Assembly (NCBI GenBank): GCA_964016885.1
Contig: OZ024745.1
Coordinates: 122,450,001 to 122,514,000, forward strand
Length of the DNA stretch: 64,000 nt
Source of the DNA: Eledone cirrhosa
Lineage: Eukaryota
Direction: 5' to 3'
The translations under genes and the position numbers were made by a program. Under the pieces are notes generated by a model that was not told the DNA's origin, did no database searches, and worked only from the letters and a program-made list of their open reading frames with translations. Of the stretch, positions 62,375-64,000 are shown piece after piece (the first letter of the stretch is position 1; every line of letters begins with the position of its first letter).

Positions 62375-64000
62375 CTAGGGAAAATGAAAGAAATGTCATA
62401 GATATTATACTGCATTTACAATTATTTTTATTTTAGTATTATTAAGTTAGAAATTATTGATTTCTCAATATTAACCCTTTGAAGAAAAAGCAGCCGGATT
62501 ACTGACATAGTGTTATAGTGTGTACACTAAGTGTTCCAGTTTATATAGAGGTTACCAAGTAATCTACTGTTAAATCAGAAGCATCGTTTCATAAAGCCTA
62601 TTTCTTGTATGGTGACAGGAATATATATATATATATACATATATATTATATATACAAATATAAATTAGCGAGGATCGTATTTCGGCTATTGGAAATTAGC
62701 GAAAGACACCTTCCGAGGAGTGAGGTAAGCGCTCCATAGAAGCTAGTGTTCTAGAGCAACAACGTAAGTTAAGAGGCCAAACACACTGAGACGATGGTTA
62801 AACCATTACCCACACAGCCATAGAAATGATCATGCCATTTCGGGTCAAACACATAATAATAATAATAAAATATGATTGTGTATATATATATTATATATAT
62901 ATATATACACACACATACATACATATATATATATATATATACACATACATATATATACATACACACATATATATATATATATAATTACATATAAAAACAA
63001 AGCAAGCTAAACGGGTCAAACAAAATATGAATGAAATATTAATGAAATATTTACTATATATATGTATATGTATATATATATATGTATATGTATGTATGTG
63101 TGTGTATATATATATAATTACATATATATATATATATACACACACATACATACATATACATCATCATCACCGTTCTATGTCCGTTCTTCCACGCTAGCAT
63201 GGGTTAGATATATACATATACATATATATAGTAAATATTTCATTAATATTTCATTCATATTTTGTTTGACCCGTTTAGCTTGCTTTGTTTTTTTGGCTTG
63301 GGTGGTTGATAGCTCCTTAACTGCCGTCTCAGTTTGTATGGCCTTTATAACACATGTTTATTGCTCTGGTCCCTTTTGGTCCATGGAGCGCTTGCCAACA
63401 CAAATCGGAAATTGCATTTCACTAATTTCTACTGGCCAAAATGCGATTCTCGCTGAATTTATATTTATATATATAAATATATATATATAATATTTATATA
63501 TATAAATAAATATATATATATATATAATGTAGGAGGTGAATTTTATTGTAGAACAATAAAGCAATGCAAGTATCGGATAAGTAGCACTCAACAGTTTATT
63601 GGACTGGAGTATATATAAGAAGAAATTAAAAGATGGTTAAAACATGGGACGTTTTTAACCATCTTTTAATTTCTTCTTATATATATATATATATATATAT
63701 ATTTCAATGTGTATATAAAGATTTATTTAAGATATAACAGTCAGTATTTTTGTATTTTTACATGAATTTTTCTCATTTTTGTTGATCCAAGTTAAAAGAA
63801 GTTTACAGGCATAAAGCAATATTTTAGAAATTTGATCAAGAAGTTTGCAAAACCAGTGTAGAGGCTGCTCAACTGTAAATTTCTCAGCAGTCACAGGGTT
63901 AACGTGTTTGTTCATTAATCTCTTGCAGAAAAGGAGTGACAATAAAGCAGAGGACTAAATACATTGAATTGAGTTCAATATCAATTTCTGCTATGATAAA

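Overview
AT-rich, intron-rich eukaryotic DNA, most likely an octopod cephalopod, judged from the SINE families and the (TA)n/(CA)n/(TAA)n load. The window holds the 3' ends of two convergent GEF genes. On + are the last two coding exons of an ARHGEF18/p114RhoGEF(Cysts)-like RhoGEF (433-528, 2077-2697), with a probable ~7.4 kb 3'UTR. On - are eight phase-consistent exons (62374 down to 38421) encoding the CDC25 domain of a RasGRF. The rest is a dense transposon landscape: a near full-length frameshifted R4/Dong RLE-LINE (40915-44496), relics of CR1-like, RTE and CRE-like LINEs, three tRNA-derived SINE families, piggyBac-, hAT- and Tc1/mariner-type MITEs, several minisatellites, an interstitial telomere-like array and a local segmental duplication. 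The most unusual signal is a group of small elements in (TA)n microsatellites that carry type I hammerhead ribozymes (three with intact cores, several decayed) and/or fold-back inverted repeats that often begin at the ribozyme GAAAC..GUH half. They look like non-autonomous derivatives of Penelope-like pLTRs. All calls were made by eye, and repeat coordinates are approximate.
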